A stretch of 62,662 bases of DNA, filler included, from Stramenopiles sp. TOSAG23-2 (Eukaryota), in NCBI GenBank assembly GCA_900128395.1. It is 11 parts of 11 records of this genome, joined end to end, with 100 filler letters (N's around TTAATTAATTAA, not from the genome) between each part and the next. Parts side by side here need not be neighbours in the genome. Positions count along the whole stretch, not along the records: positions 19,970 to 26,521 come from LT650446.1; positions 26,622 to 33,173 come from LT650447.1; 9 more parts are not named here. The stretch is one strand, 5' to 3'. Shown piece by piece: positions 21,757 through 33,173 of the stretch; position 1 is the first letter of the stretch; each line of letters opens with the position of its first letter. The position numbers and the translations under genes were made by a program. The notes below the pieces were generated by a model. It saw only the letters and a program-made list of their open reading frames with translations, did not search any database and was not told the origin of the DNA.

Positions 21757-22491
21757 ATGAATGTATCAGCATCTGGTGTAAACGACGATGAAAAATTATC
21801 ATTTGTGGACTCGTCCTCTTTATCACCTTCTTCAAATAATTATGGAAGAAGTGCAGGGCGTACACAGGAAGAAGGTGGAGTTGTGACTTATTTCCAATCT
21901 GCAAACCATCCAACTGCAGCATTGTTTCATATTTTATTCAAAACATTAGCAATGTTAACCTATGTGTTTGGTACATGGTTTATTTCAAACACTGTATTAA
22001 TATTTGTTACATGTGTTGTTTTATTAGCGTTTGACTTTTGGACAGTTAAAAATGTTACAGGAAGATTATTAGTAGGATTGCGCTGGGAAAATCAAATTAA
22101 AGAAGATGGTTCAAACGAATGGGTATTTGAAGCCATTGCCGATACGTCCAGGATTGGCAAAGTTGATTCAACTATTTTTTGGTTTGGTTTATGGATCTCA
22201 CCAATATTATGGGTTGTATTATTTGTCGTTGGGATATTAAAATTCAATTTAGCTTGGTTGGTAATAGTATGCGTAGCATTAACTTTAAATGGCATTAATT
22301 TATATGGCTTTGTTAGTTGCAGGAAAGGTGCAAAAAAACAAGCTCAAAATGCTGTAAATTCATTTATGACACAAGGTGTTGTAAGTGGATTGTTAAGTAC
22401 ACCAGGATTAATTACTGGTGCATTATTTGGTAGCGGTGGTAATAATAATAATAATAATAATAGTAATAATTCCAATGCCAATAGGGTCTAG
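21757..22491 (+). CDS. TVP23: Golgi membrane protein TVP23
   Basis: HPTAALFHILFK, LLAFDFWTVKNVTGRLLVGLRW, GSNEWVFE, IFWFGL. Confidence 0.95.
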   Translation: MNVSASGVNDDEKLSFVDSSSLSPSSNNYGRSAGRTQEEGGVVTYFQSANHPTAALFHILFKTLAMLTYVFGTWFISNTVLIFVTCVVLLAFDFWTVKNVTGRLLVGLRWENQIKEDGSNEWVFEAIADTSRIGKVDSTIFWFGLWISPILWVVLFVVGILKFNLAWLVIVCVALTLNGINLYGFVSCRKGAKKQAQNAVNSFMTQGVVSGLLSTPGLITGALFGSGGNNNNNNNSNNSNANRV

Positions 22492-22901
22492 GTTTTTAAA
22501 TTATTATTTGAAATAGAACACATTAATATGGAAAAAGCAAAAACTGCGTGTGTGTGGTGTTTTGGTTCGCATGCATGTGTGTGGGAGTATGTATTTTTTT
22601 AAACGTAAAACAAAAGTAGTTTTTTATTAAGAGATACGAATATATATTTATATTTTTAATAAATGAATATACAGTGCAAACACACACACCAACATACATT
22701 ATTACTCCCTCTTGATATTTTAAAAGTCTTTCTTTTGGGAGAAATAATCAAACATCACTTGCGTCCAAAATATGCACCCTCCGAATCTCTTTGATAAAAT
22801 TATCAATTTTTCTTTAAGTATGGATGATACAACCTCCCCCATAGTCATCGAAACTAACGTAATACGACACACATATATATATATATAATACTAAACAGCA
22901 T

Positions 22902-24539
22902 TTATTCTTTCACAGCACTTAAACCACTTGCTTGTTTAAATGTAAATCCACCAAAATCTGCTTTTTTTGCCGTTGCAAGTCTTGATGATGGTTCAACAGA
23001 ATCAATCACACGTTCACTTGTAAACTCTGCATCAAAGTTACTAGTATCATTTGCGCCACGTACTTTTGGTACAAAATCTGGTTTTACATCACGATTATAT
23101 AATTTTTTCCAATCCAACGTTTCGAAGAATGGATGTGCTTTAATAGGCGCACAATCATCATCGCCTGATCCAAGACGGGATCCAGGATCCCGTCGCAACA
23201 ATTTCGTAATCAAATCCCTTGCATTGTACGAGACAAATCCAGGCACACGCAAATCTGCTTTTTGTATCAATTCATACATCAAATTGACATTTTCACTGTA
23301 AAATGGTGGTAATCCTACCAACATCTCGTACAACAATATTCCAACACTCCACCAATCAACTGCCTTGTCGTGTGGGATCCCGTTGATGACCTCCGGTGCT
23401 AAATATTCTGGCGTTCCGCAGAATGTTTCTGTCTTTTCACCTGGTTTGCTGAAACGTTTGGATAAGCCGAAATCCGTTAATTTCACATGACCTTCATCGT
23501 CTAGTAAAATATTTTCTGGTTTCAAATCACGATATATGATACTACGCTCATGTAAATACCCAATGCCAAGTATGATTTCTGCACAATATAAACGTGCACG
23601 AGGTTCTTTGAAACGTCTATCGTTTTTTAAATGGAAAAACAATTCCCCACCCGTAATCATATCCATGACCAAGTACAATTTTGCACTAGTTTGAAATGCG
23701 AAATGCAATTTCATTAAAAATGGATGATCTGCTTCCTCTAAAATTTCACGCTCTGCTTTTGTATGTTCCACTTGATTTCGTTCCACAATAGCAGCTTTTC
23801 TTAAAATTTTCATTGCATATACTTTTCCATTCGTATCACCTTTTTTACGCACCATCATCACTTTACCAAAACTGCCTCTTCCAATAACTTTCATCAATTC
23901 AAAGTCTTCTACACCAACGGTGCAAGGTTTGCCACCCCACGTAGTGGTTCCAGCACGATTGCGAGATGCACCAAACGCATCTGTGCCACCTGATTTTTTC
24001 GCCAAAAGTGCTTTACCTTTTGCACGTAATTTTTTATTTTTCTTTGCTTGACTTTTAGTAACAACATAATCTTTTAAAGAGGATTGAGAAGAAAATTCTA
24101 CAGGCAATTCGCTGCCTTTAATAGCTTGCCATAGCGTCTTCAAGCAATCATCGATGATCTCTCTTTTGCGCAAGCTCATCAAACGGTAATCATATTCCTC
24201 TGGGATATGTATAACAAACTCGTCACTTTTAGTTGAAGCTGTAATATTACCAATTTTTGCAATTTCGACACGTCGTTTACATTTTTTATAATCATTTGGC
24301 ATTAAATTATAAACGGCTTTGTTCGATATGAGTAGCAAACGCTCTTGTGGCCTTCCTTGTGGATTGATTTTAATGATAAAATCACTAAAGTATACAGTCT
24401 CTGCTTCTGTATTTGCTTCATGATATTTACCTAATACAGAACGTACACTGGTACTAGATGCTAAATTTAAGTGGTCATGTGTTGTATGTGATTTCACAAC
24501 ATTATTTAAAAAACCACCACCTTTTGCAATTGCTGCCAT
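22902..24539 (-). CDS. AGC kinase (Akt/SGK/Ypk-like) with an N-terminal myosin-I TH1-like lipid-binding domain
   Basis: GRGSFGKV, YAMKIL, YRDLKPEN, DFGL, TFCGTPEYLAPE, DWWSVG, hydrophobic motif FGGFTF; N-terminal YFSDFIIKIN..GRPQERLLLISNKAVYNL...EFVIHIPEEYDY. Confidence 0.92.
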   Translation of the reverse strand: MAAIAKGGGFLNNVVKSHTTHDHLNLASSTSVRSVLGKYHEANTEAETVYFSDFIIKINPQGRPQERLLLISNKAVYNLMPNDYKKCKRRVEIAKIGNITASTKSDEFVIHIPEEYDYRLMSLRKREIIDDCLKTLWQAIKGSELPVEFSSQSSLKDYVVTKSQAKKNKKLRAKGKALLAKKSGGTDAFGASRNRAGTTTWGGKPCTVGVEDFELMKVIGRGSFGKVMMVRKKGDTNGKVYAMKILRKAAIVERNQVEHTKAEREILEEADHPFLMKLHFAFQTSAKLYLVMDMITGGELFFHLKNDRRFKEPRARLYCAEIILGIGYLHERSIIYRDLKPENILLDDEGHVKLTDFGLSKRFSKPGEKTETFCGTPEYLAPEVINGIPHDKAVDWWSVGILLYEMLVGLPPFYSENVNLMYELIQKADLRVPGFVSYNARDLITKLLRRDPGSRLGSGDDDCAPIKAHPFFETLDWKKLYNRDVKPDFVPKVRGANDTSNFDAEFTSERVIDSVEPSSRLATAKKADFGGFTFKQASGLSAVKE

Positions 24540-25472
24540 GTTTCTTTATGTATGTATATATATGTATATATATATATTTCTGTGTTTATATTAAATATAT
24601 ATTATTGAAACACTTAATGGTTTTTGTTCCCTTGTTGTAATACGACTATTGTATCGTGTGTGTCACTCTGGTTTAACATGAATAATAATAATAATGCACC
24701 TAATCAATCATTATTATTAATAATATCTTCATTCATTTTCATTTTCCCCATTGTTATTAGTTTTATTTCTTCATTCATTTTGCCTCAGGTTTGCCAGTTT
24801 GCACACGGCACGACACACACAGTCGAACTAAAAAGTTTTGGATCTTTTTTAGTCTCTATTTTATGTGAGGCAACTTTTAGCAGCAAAAAAAGCAACCAAA
24901 TCGAGGCACACTTATATGATATGTGCATAGTCTATATTCGTATGAACATAGCATGGAGATCGTTCTAACAAGTAGTACTATGACTTGTACATTCAAGTAT
25001 GAATATACTTAGTCAAAACGTGAATATTCTGCCTATCAAGGATCGTCTGAATGTCTGAATATCAATCTTCTTCTCCTATCAAAAAAACACTTAATTCGTA
25101 CTTGAACGGGTAGAGGAATACCAAATCATCATAAACCCTACTCCTAACCATACAAAGAAGCTGAGGACCACACATCTTGCCCTTCAATTTGTTTTTTGCG
25201 AAAGGAAGCGGGCCTATTAAAATCTCAATCATAATGCTATTCACTTGCTATTTTCAGACCGGTTTTACACACATCTCTCAACAAATAAACTGTATTAAAA
25301 ATATATATAAGTTATATACGTAGATAGAAGTACAGATAGATGTCAATAGAGTTGATTCGGGAGGACACCGTTTATGATCAAAGAAGAAGAAAAACAATAT
25401 TAATATCAAGTTTACAGAACATATACATACACACACAAATATATATACACATCTATAGTAATATAAAACATC

Positions 25473-25955
25473 ATGCCAAGAAGAGAAGACGATTTTGATA
25501 AAGCATTAAGTGAATTTGCACCTGAACAAGAAGCTGGTGTTGGAAATGTAGTTATATTTTTCCTTGTATCAGTATTTTGTGCTGTCTTGCCAGGATATTT
25601 ATTTACTACACCAATGATTGGTATGGATTTAATGGAAAATATGCCAGTTTACGCTGGTGTAACTGCCATTAGTGGATTGCTTTTAACATTTGCATCGACA
25701 CGCGTTGCAGATGGTCTTTTCCGTGCAGCAAAACAAAAAGCTAAAGGTGGCAAAGGAAGTGAACAACTTGAAGAATTACAAAAACAAGAAGCAATTGGTT
25801 TCTCTATGTTTAAAAATAATGTCATGTACTTATTCTTAACATTATTTTTAGCATTTTGGTTAATCCCAACATTTACTGATGATGACAAAATTCGTTACGC
25901 TGTATCAGTTGCATCACCAGCATGCATGATGGCATATTTAGCTTCATACTATTAA
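25473..25955 (+). CDS. SSR3: Translocon-associated protein gamma (TRAP-gamma)
   Basis: DDFDKALSEF N-terminus, four TMs, conserved EAIGFSMFKNNVMYLFL and YAVSV. Confidence 0.75.
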   Translation: MPRREDDFDKALSEFAPEQEAGVGNVVIFFLVSVFCAVLPGYLFTTPMIGMDLMENMPVYAGVTAISGLLLTFASTRVADGLFRAAKQKAKGGKGSEQLEELQKQEAIGFSMFKNNVMYLFLTLFLAFWLIPTFTDDDKIRYAVSVASPACMMAYLASYY

Positions 25956-26321
25956 ATGATATATGATATATATAGATACAAGTAATTGTATTATTTATAA
26001 TAAATATTTATATATATATATTACGAGATAGAGAAATATATATTAAAAAATTACAAAACATATCATCAATAAAATATAGCAGATGGATTTTAGTAGAAGT
26101 GAAAGAAGAAATGTAAACATATATATGCGCGTTGTGTATAAAAATTCTTGATCAAAACAGACAGAGAGAGAGAGAGAGAAAAAAAAAAAGATCCAAAGAA
26201 TATTTTTATTATAATATATCCAGTGTGAAAATGTAAAATGTATGTGTGTGTGTTGTAAAATATGTATATTTTTTTTTATTTTACTTCAGTGCGTATTGAT
26301 ATGTGTGTGTATATTTATATT

Positions 26322-26391
26322 TGGTTAAAATCTAAGTTATAATAGTTTTACTTCTCATGTTAAATAATATGCTCAATACTCAATCTCGAGA
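26322..26391 (-). repeat. Dispersed ~70-bp element, full copy on the minus strand
   Basis: Reverse complement TCTCGAGATTGAGTATTGAGCATATTATTTAACATGAGAAGTAAAACTATTATAACTTAGATTTTAACCA matches 1837-1911. Confidence 0.85.
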
Positions 26392-26622
26392 ATATTTTAA
26401 AAATGAGATAAATTTTAAAAAGGGAAGAAAAACAAATCTCACACACATGTGTATCATACGTATTATATACCACGAAAGATTTTATACCCACCTCTCTCTC
26501 TCTCCCCCCCCATCTTTCTGTNNNNNNNNNNNNNNNNNNNNNNNNNNNNNNNNNNNNNNNNNNNNTTAATTAATTAANNNNNNNNNNNNNNNNNNNNNNN
26601 NNNNNNNNNNNNNNNNNNNNNA

Positions 26623-26730
26623 TTAAATGCTATACAACAATATAAAAGAGATGGATCAAACGGGTATCAACAAGTGGAAGAGATGTATATAGAGACAGAA
26701 GTTAAAATATTAGAGACAGAAGAATATTAA
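26623..26730 (+). CDS. Probable 3' end of a gene truncated by the contig start
   Basis: LNAIQQYKRDGSNGYQQVEEMYIETEVKILETEEY*, open from the linker. Confidence 0.4.
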   Translation, partial: LNAIQQYKRDGSNGYQQVEEMYIETEVKILETEEY

Positions 26731-27368
26731 TAATAAAATAAAATAACACTACACACTATTGAAATAATTTTTATTTTTTTTATTTTAGTACAACTAGACT
26801 ATATATACAAACAAAACAACATCACCACATAACACGCGTTTAATAATATTTGCGGTTAGAAGCTTATTTATATTATATATATAGTTTAATATATCAATGA
26901 ACAATTAAATGCATGGCATCCACAGTTATTGCCGTCAGTTATTCAATGCGTGTAATAAAGAAAAAGTAAAATAAAATTATTTTTTTAATCATCTCGAATT
27001 AAAAATATTATTTATTTTAAAATTATCATTAAATAGTGTGTCTCTGTAGAAATAATTGCACATTTAATAAACAAAACCTACTGCTGTTGGTTAATTTGCT
27101 TCCCCATCTTCGAGTTCAGTGAGGTGTAGATGCGTTATAATTGCTATGGCGAATTTTGAAGAGGTTGGTGGATGAATGAAGAAGAAATGTATCTATATCT
27201 TAATATACATGCAAATAAGAGAATTAATTAAAAAAATATAAAATGTGTGTTTTAAAAATAATGTAAATGTTTGTTGTATATAAAAAAACTTTAAAACGCT
27301 ACACAAAACAGGTTGACTATATATCAACAGAACAGCAACAACAAACAATTACTAAATTTCACACTTGA

Positions 27369-29250
27369 TTATAAAAAAACTGTCATGATCACACACATGA
27401 CAAATATCCAGCAACATTTCCATACAACATATTTACCATCATTCATTGCATAATTTAAAACATCGGTATCGGACATAACATCGTCTTTTCCCGGGGATGG
27501 TGCATCATTGTTATTATTAATATTCTTCTTACTTTTACCACCACCAAGTTTTAGTCCAGCTGTATAACAATATCCATCATTACCAGATTTTATATACCAC
27601 TCGCATCCTTTATTTGCTTTGCATTGTATTTCTTCATCATACGGTGTACAAACGTTTTTACTTTTCGTTGTTGATGTTGTTGATTTTTCTTTTTGGCCCT
27701 CCTTTGCCACCGATGTTTCATTATTCATCTTCGCATCATCATTATTATTATCAATTGAAAATGTCTTGTTATTTTCATCAATGGTATTTGGAAAAAATCG
27801 ATACATCGCTTTGATAATGGCAGTTTGCAATGCATAACCATCATGTCCCATATTATTAACCGAACAATATACATTCATTCCGGTTGATGTAATCAATGGA
27901 CACGAGGAATAATTATAACATGTGGCTTTGTTGCCAGTTGAAAATGTAATGTTGAAATCTAATTTTGTTTTCACATCACCTGTACACATTAAAACTTCAG
28001 TGGAATAATTTCTCCAATTTTCAATACCAACAAAGCCAGAAATAACAGAAGATGCATCTTCCCCATAATAATTATCTACATTTCCAATGACATTTAAAAA
28101 CGGTCTTTTAAATGTTGGATTGCAAATTGCTTTTCCTTTTAAGACATTGTTATTTGTATAATCATAATATCCAAGCGTTGGATCAAACCATGCTTGTCCA
28201 CCAATAACAAGTCCACCAATAGATTCAGATTTTTCACAATTAAATCGAAATGCCATTGAACCACCTTGTGAAAATCCTGACATGATTCTATAATGATGAT
28301 GATGATGTATATAATTATATTATATTTTAACAACATATTTTATTTTTCCAAATAGAAATTTGTAAAAGCGAATTATATTTGTTAGCAAACAAAATATCCT
28401 GGTATAAAACATTTATATCTTTGTATATATATATATATACTAATACTTACACACGTCCAGTTGGGATATTATACAATGTTGTTAATCTTGTTATAATTTC
28501 ATTTATAAATAATACATCTTCCGAATCTTCAGGTTGATTATTATTACATACACCAAATTTTGCAAATGCTTTCCAACATGGAGAACCATTAGCAGTATTA
28601 AGAAGACGGCGACGAAGATGAACACGGCGACGTAGATATCTTCTAAATTTTTTACCACCACTTTTTTCATAACATAAATTATATCCACTCCACCATTCAC
28701 AATTACTATTTGCATTACATGATGATTCAGTTTTGTATGTATCCATACATTGACTTTCCGATGATTTACCAGAAGATGAAGAACTGTCTTTTTTTGTCGT
28801 AGAAGTAGTGTCTTTCTTTGTCGATGTACTTGTATCTTTCTTATCCGTAGTTGTAGTAGATGATTTACTTGTATCAGTTGTTGTTTTATCAGAATTTGTA
28901 TTTGTTGTTGTTGTTGATGATGATGATGATGCAACTTCTTTTTTTTTCACAATACCTGGATGGTTTCTAGCAGATGGACATACAACAACAGCAGATGTAT
29001 ATTCCATAACTTTCTCGTAACCAGTACTACATAAACTTTTTCCATTTCCACCGGCACCATGTAATGTAACAATCAATGCCGTTGCATTTTGTTTATTTGT
29101 TGGTGGTACATACGTGTAATAATATCGTTCCTGCCCTTGGAATGTCATTTCCGTTTCGATCATTTCACCACGATTACAATACAATCCCATCATCATGGTA
29201 ATAAATATACATTTAATTTTTAATAATAATAGATCATTTTTTTTCATCAT
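27369..29250 (-). CDS. Secreted alpha/beta-hydrolase (LpqC/PHB-depolymerase/feruloyl-esterase-like), 2 exons: 29250-28451 and 28287-27369
   Basis: RYYYTYVP, LIVTLHGAGG, DVLFINEII; splicing the GTAAGT...TAG intron (28450-28288) gives GRVIMSGFSQGG (GxSxG nucleophile); candidate Asp (GNVD) and His (MGH); hydrophobic N- and C-termini. Confidence 0.85.
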
Positions 29251-29555
29251 GTTTCTCAATCCTATATATATCGTTTATCCCTCGTATATACCATCAACTT
29301 TTTCTAAAAACACGTAATACCTAATGGGGACTACCACGAAAAGGAGAATTATCAGATGATTAACCCTGGCAACTACTAACACACATACACATGTGATGGC
29401 ATTTATACAACATTTATCCTCTCAAAAATATGGGTACATATATATATATAAGTTATGACAGACTATGAGCGTCGTGTGTTCCGACGTTCCGACTAATGAC
29501 AGACCTATATTTATTATAAATCAAAAAAAAGGAAACATTTCGGAATCCGTCATGC

Positions 29556-29668
29556 TTTGTTAAAAATATATATATTAAGTATATATATTTGTATACTAAT
29601 AGTCCAATCAAATCAAATTGTAATATTAGTATACAATTATATGTACTTAATATATATTTTTAAAAAAG
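29556..29668. repeat. AT-rich fold-back (~45-bp imperfect arms)
   Basis: TAAAAATATATATATTAAGTATATATATTTGTATACTAATA ... TATTAGTATACAATTATATGTACTTAATATATATTTTTA. Confidence 0.65.
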
Positions 29669-29735
29669 TATAACAACGATTTCGAAATTTTTCCTGTGTG
29701 TAAGAATTTCCTTGTTGGTGTTGTTCTTTGTTCTA

Positions 29736-29911
29736 TGCTATTGTGTATATTACCTCTATAGCAGGTGAATACCACCACACCATCACACAATGCTGTATAT
29801 ATGTATATACCTCTATACCAGGTGAATAGCATAACACAATGCTATTGTATTGTAATCCTCTATAGCAGGCGAATAGCATTACACATCTCTGTAGCAGGTG
29901 AATACCACTAC
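29736..29911 (+). repeat. Degenerate minisatellite, ~50-bp unit, ~3.5 copies
   Basis: Core CTCTATAGCAGGTGAATA(C/G)CA at ~29754, 29811, 29858 and 29887. Confidence 0.85.
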
Positions 29912-29969
29912 TTTCTTTTTGAGAAAAAATCCTAAATAATCGTTACAACTGCCAAAATAAATCTAATAA

Positions 29970-30470
29970 AAATGGAAATGGAAAAAATATGACAGACAGA
30001 GGGAGATATGGACGATATGGCCGCGTCGAAAATTGGGTCCTAAAATAACACTGCACAGTATTGGAAAACAGGCCATGGTGAAAAATAATAAAAATGGTTA
30101 AAAAAATGAATCATTCAACTGGGACACCATATATAGAGGTAGAAAGTTTGTTGCATCAGCAAATGCATTTAATGAATTTGTTGGTATTTTACAAGAACAT
30201 ATTGAGGAACATAGTGATCTTGGAATAGATGAAGCAACGAGGGTTACATTTAATGTCTTTGATGAAGATGGAAGTGGTGAAATTGATGTCATTGAGCTTC
30301 AACACGCTATGACAGATATGGGTGTGGGGCAAGATTCAGAAGGAAATGGTGGATTATCAAAAACAGCAGCAAAAGAATTGATGAAACATATTGATACCGA
30401 TGGTGGTGGTTTAATAGCATATGAACAATTTAAAACTGCTTTAAATACAATTGCAGAGATTGCTGTATGA
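29970..30470 (+). pseudogene. Calmodulin-like two-EF-hand coding sequence with an in-frame TAA (not in the ORF track)
   Basis: ...AMVKNNKNG*KNESFNW...FNVFDEDGSGEIDVIELQHAM...LMKHIDTDGGGLIAYEQF...*; TAA at 30099-30101 separates ATG 30075 from the EF-hands. Confidence 0.6.
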
Positions 30471-30504
30471 TCGCGTGATATTTTTGACAGGTGACAGAAG
30501 GAGT

Positions 30505-30538
<34 letters not shown>

Positions 30539-30721
30539 AATAATAAAAGAAAAAAACGTTTTATAATAAATAAAAAACAATTTTGAAAAACAAATTCTAG
30601 TATCATACGTATTTTATAACTATTTTGTGTTCCTTCCATTTTTTAAAAAAGACTCGAAAAACACATTTTACCATTACACGCCCTCTTGCACATCTCTCCA
30701 CACTCCACACACACATAAAAT

Positions 30722-31450
30722 TCATAAAAATGCTCTACTTTGAGACATATCGATATGATCAAATCGATTGACCCATTTGATTTCAATGTCATCTTTGGAT
30801 TGAACATTTATTAAACTAGTAGCAGTATTATCATGGAAGAACGAAATATTTGATTTTCCATTCACAAATGCTTCAAGAATTAAACTCATTAATTCCCTAT
30901 GTACAATTAAAACGACAACATCATTCATATGTTGATTAATAAATGAATCACTTAATAACCATGTATTTACAATACGACGTGAACGTTCTTCTGCTTCTTC
31001 TGGTGTTTCTTTATGATCCAATTTATACCATGACCCTTGTTCTAACAAACTATAATTAAATTGTGGAAACATAGTTTCCAATTCTGTTTTACTATTACTA
31101 ATAACATTACGATACGTATGATAGATACCATCACGTTCATATAAAGTATCTAATACATTGACTGGTTCTGCTATTTTTATATATTTCACAAATTGTTCCG
31201 CAGTTTGTAAACCTCTTAATGTTGGGGACGAGTATACAAATACATTTTGACCATGCAAAATATTTGAATAAAATTGACTAACTTGTTTTCCTTGTTCAAC
31301 ACCTTGTATAGTTAATTGAGGGTCTTCACTACGTTGTTTTCTCCATTCTTCTAACAATTGTTCACGTGTATCATTTGGCCTTGTTTTTTCTAAATGTTTA
31401 AACATGGCATTGTTTGCAGATTCACCATGTCGTACGAGTAATACTTTCAT
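30722..31450 (-). CDS. Histidine phosphatase / phosphoglycerate mutase family protein
   Basis: LLVRHGES, DPQLT..G..Q, YSSPTLRGLQTA, LYE, VLIVH. Confidence 0.92.
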   Translation of the reverse strand: MKVLLVRHGESANNAMFKHLEKTRPNDTREQLLEEWRKQRSEDPQLTIQGVEQGKQVSQFYSNILHGQNVFVYSSPTLRGLQTAEQFVKYIKIAEPVNVLDTLYERDGIYHTYRNVISNSKTELETMFPQFNYSLLEQGSWYKLDHKETPEEAEERSRRIVNTWLLSDSFINQHMNDVVVLIVHRELMSLILEAFVNGKSNISFFHDNTATSLINVQSKDDIEIKWVNRFDHIDMSQSRAFL

Positions 31451-31543
31451 GGTATTTTTGGTTATAGGTATATATATTAACTAATTATTATTCAAAATTC
31501 TCTCGCTGAAGAAGGAGTTAATATTATTGTTGTAAATTAATAA

Positions 31544-31835
31544 TTTTAAAAAAAAAAATAAAGATGTGATGATGAACCAAAAAAAAAAAAAATACTTTTA
31601 TATTTCGCTGAAATATTCGTAGAATTGAAAGGTAGTATGGTTATTAATTGATATCAATAGTGAGTTAACTTGGTAAATATATCGATGTTTTTAAAAAAAA
31701 AAATAAAGATGTGATGATGAACCAAAAAAAAAAAAAATACTTTTATATTTCGCTGAAATATTCGTAGAATTGAAAGGTAGTATGGTTATTAATTGATATC
31801 AATAGTGAGTTAACTTGGTAAATATATCGATGTTA
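31544..31835. repeat. Near-exact tandem duplication of ~145 bp (probable assembly artefact)
   Basis: TTTTAAAAAAAAAAATAAAGATGTGATGATGAACC...ATATATCGATGTT present twice back to back. Confidence 0.8.
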
Positions 31836-31975
31836 ATATATATTGTATATATACAATATATTTACATATATATAGTAATAATACTCTATTATCTGCAACT
31901 TGGATTCTTTACGACAATTAACACTACATATTAATTGTACTTTAAATTGTCCTATATGAATCATAAATAGGAAGT

Positions 31976-32317
31976 ACACAGCATTATGAAAATACTTATA
32001 CAATGGTATGTACCTATTAAATCACATATAGTAGTTACACAGCATTATGGAAAAACTTATACAATGGTATGGAGGTATGTACGTATTAAATCACATTATA
32101 GTATACAATGGTATGTACCTATTAAAATCATAAATAGGAGATAGGAGATAGGAGGCACTAAATGAACTAAAAGGGGTTTTATTAGATGGACACAGCATTA
32201 TTATCCGGCGCAGATAGGAACCTTTTTCTTATATAGTTCCTTTCCTCGTACTTAAAAAAAAATAAGTTTTTATTACATGGACACAGCATTATTATCCGGC
32301 GCATATAGGAACCTTTA
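31976..32317. repeat. Degenerate repeats in a divergent intergenic region
   Basis: ACACAGCATTATG..TATACAATGGTATGTACCTATTAAATCA x2-3; ATGGACACAGCATTATTATCCGGCGCA(G/T)ATAGGAACCTTT x2 (~32186, ~32277). Confidence 0.75.
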
Positions 32318-32716
32318 CTCTTTACTTATATAGTATACCACCTATACCTACTCTGGACTCTGGACTCTGGACACCAGAGATGATTTTCCTTGCCTATAAA
32401 TGAAATAAAAAAAAGGGGAGGAAATCTTCTGTATATCTATACATCTATACCGTACTACCGTACACCGTACTCTATATAATCTAAACTAAAATAATACTAA
32501 AACATAGAATTGCAAAGTGCATATTCATTCATATTCATGTAAAAGATAATATAATAAAAGATACATAGCACCACATACATAGTTATATAATATCTAAGAA
32601 ACAGAAAGATACTGTAAAGCGGAAGAGATACACAAATACCGAAGAAAAACGAATAGATAAGAGATAGTCATATATATCGATATATATATATATATATTAA
32701 TATCAGTATAAATACT

Positions 32717-33173
32717 ATGGGCAACATGGCATCGTTAGTTACTGATGATAATCATACAACAACGACGACGACGACAAGAAGAAGAACAACAACAACCGAA
32801 GCATCTGGAGGAACACATTTTGAAGATTTAGCTGGTATATTACAAATATGTATTGGTACTGCTACAAGACCAGGTCTAATAGCATATTTTGATGATGATA
32901 TAATTGCAATGATAAATATGTTTGCGAAAACATGTAAAAAATTTCTTGAATATGATCCCTTGCGTTGTTATTATTTTAGAGTTGTATTAACAAAAAAATA
33001 TGGAGTCAATTTTGATGGCAGTAGAGTAAATTTGAATGGAAACAGGTTTCCATTCAAATTGGTTTGTGATGAGGATTTACAAAATATAGGTGAAGCATTG
33101 AAAGCAAACAATACATTAACGTACTTGGACCTAGATAATAATAATATTACTGATTTACAAAGTATTGGTGAAT
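32717..33173 (+). CDS. RNI/NLRC3-like leucine-rich repeat protein, 3'-truncated
   Basis: IGEALKANNTLTYLDLDNNNITDLQSIGE; open to the linker. Confidence 0.8.

Noticed and set aside
25062-25244. 60-aa minus-strand ORF flanked by GTCTGAA/TTCAGAC
   Set aside because: No ATG at the predicted start, no recognisable motif, and a 7-bp inverted match is within chance
29736-29911. Repeat-spacer appearance resembling a CRISPR array
   Set aside because: The 'spacers' are related to each other and uneven in length, there are no cas genes, and the context is eukaryotic; it is a degenerate minisatellite
30099-30101. Stop-codon reassignment (TAA as sense)
   Set aside because: TAA, TAG and TGA all terminate well-recognised genes at the expected positions in this window
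30506-30537. (GT)n, (TA)n, (GA)n and (AAT)n tracts
   Set aside because: Ordinary microsatellites common in AT-rich protist genomes
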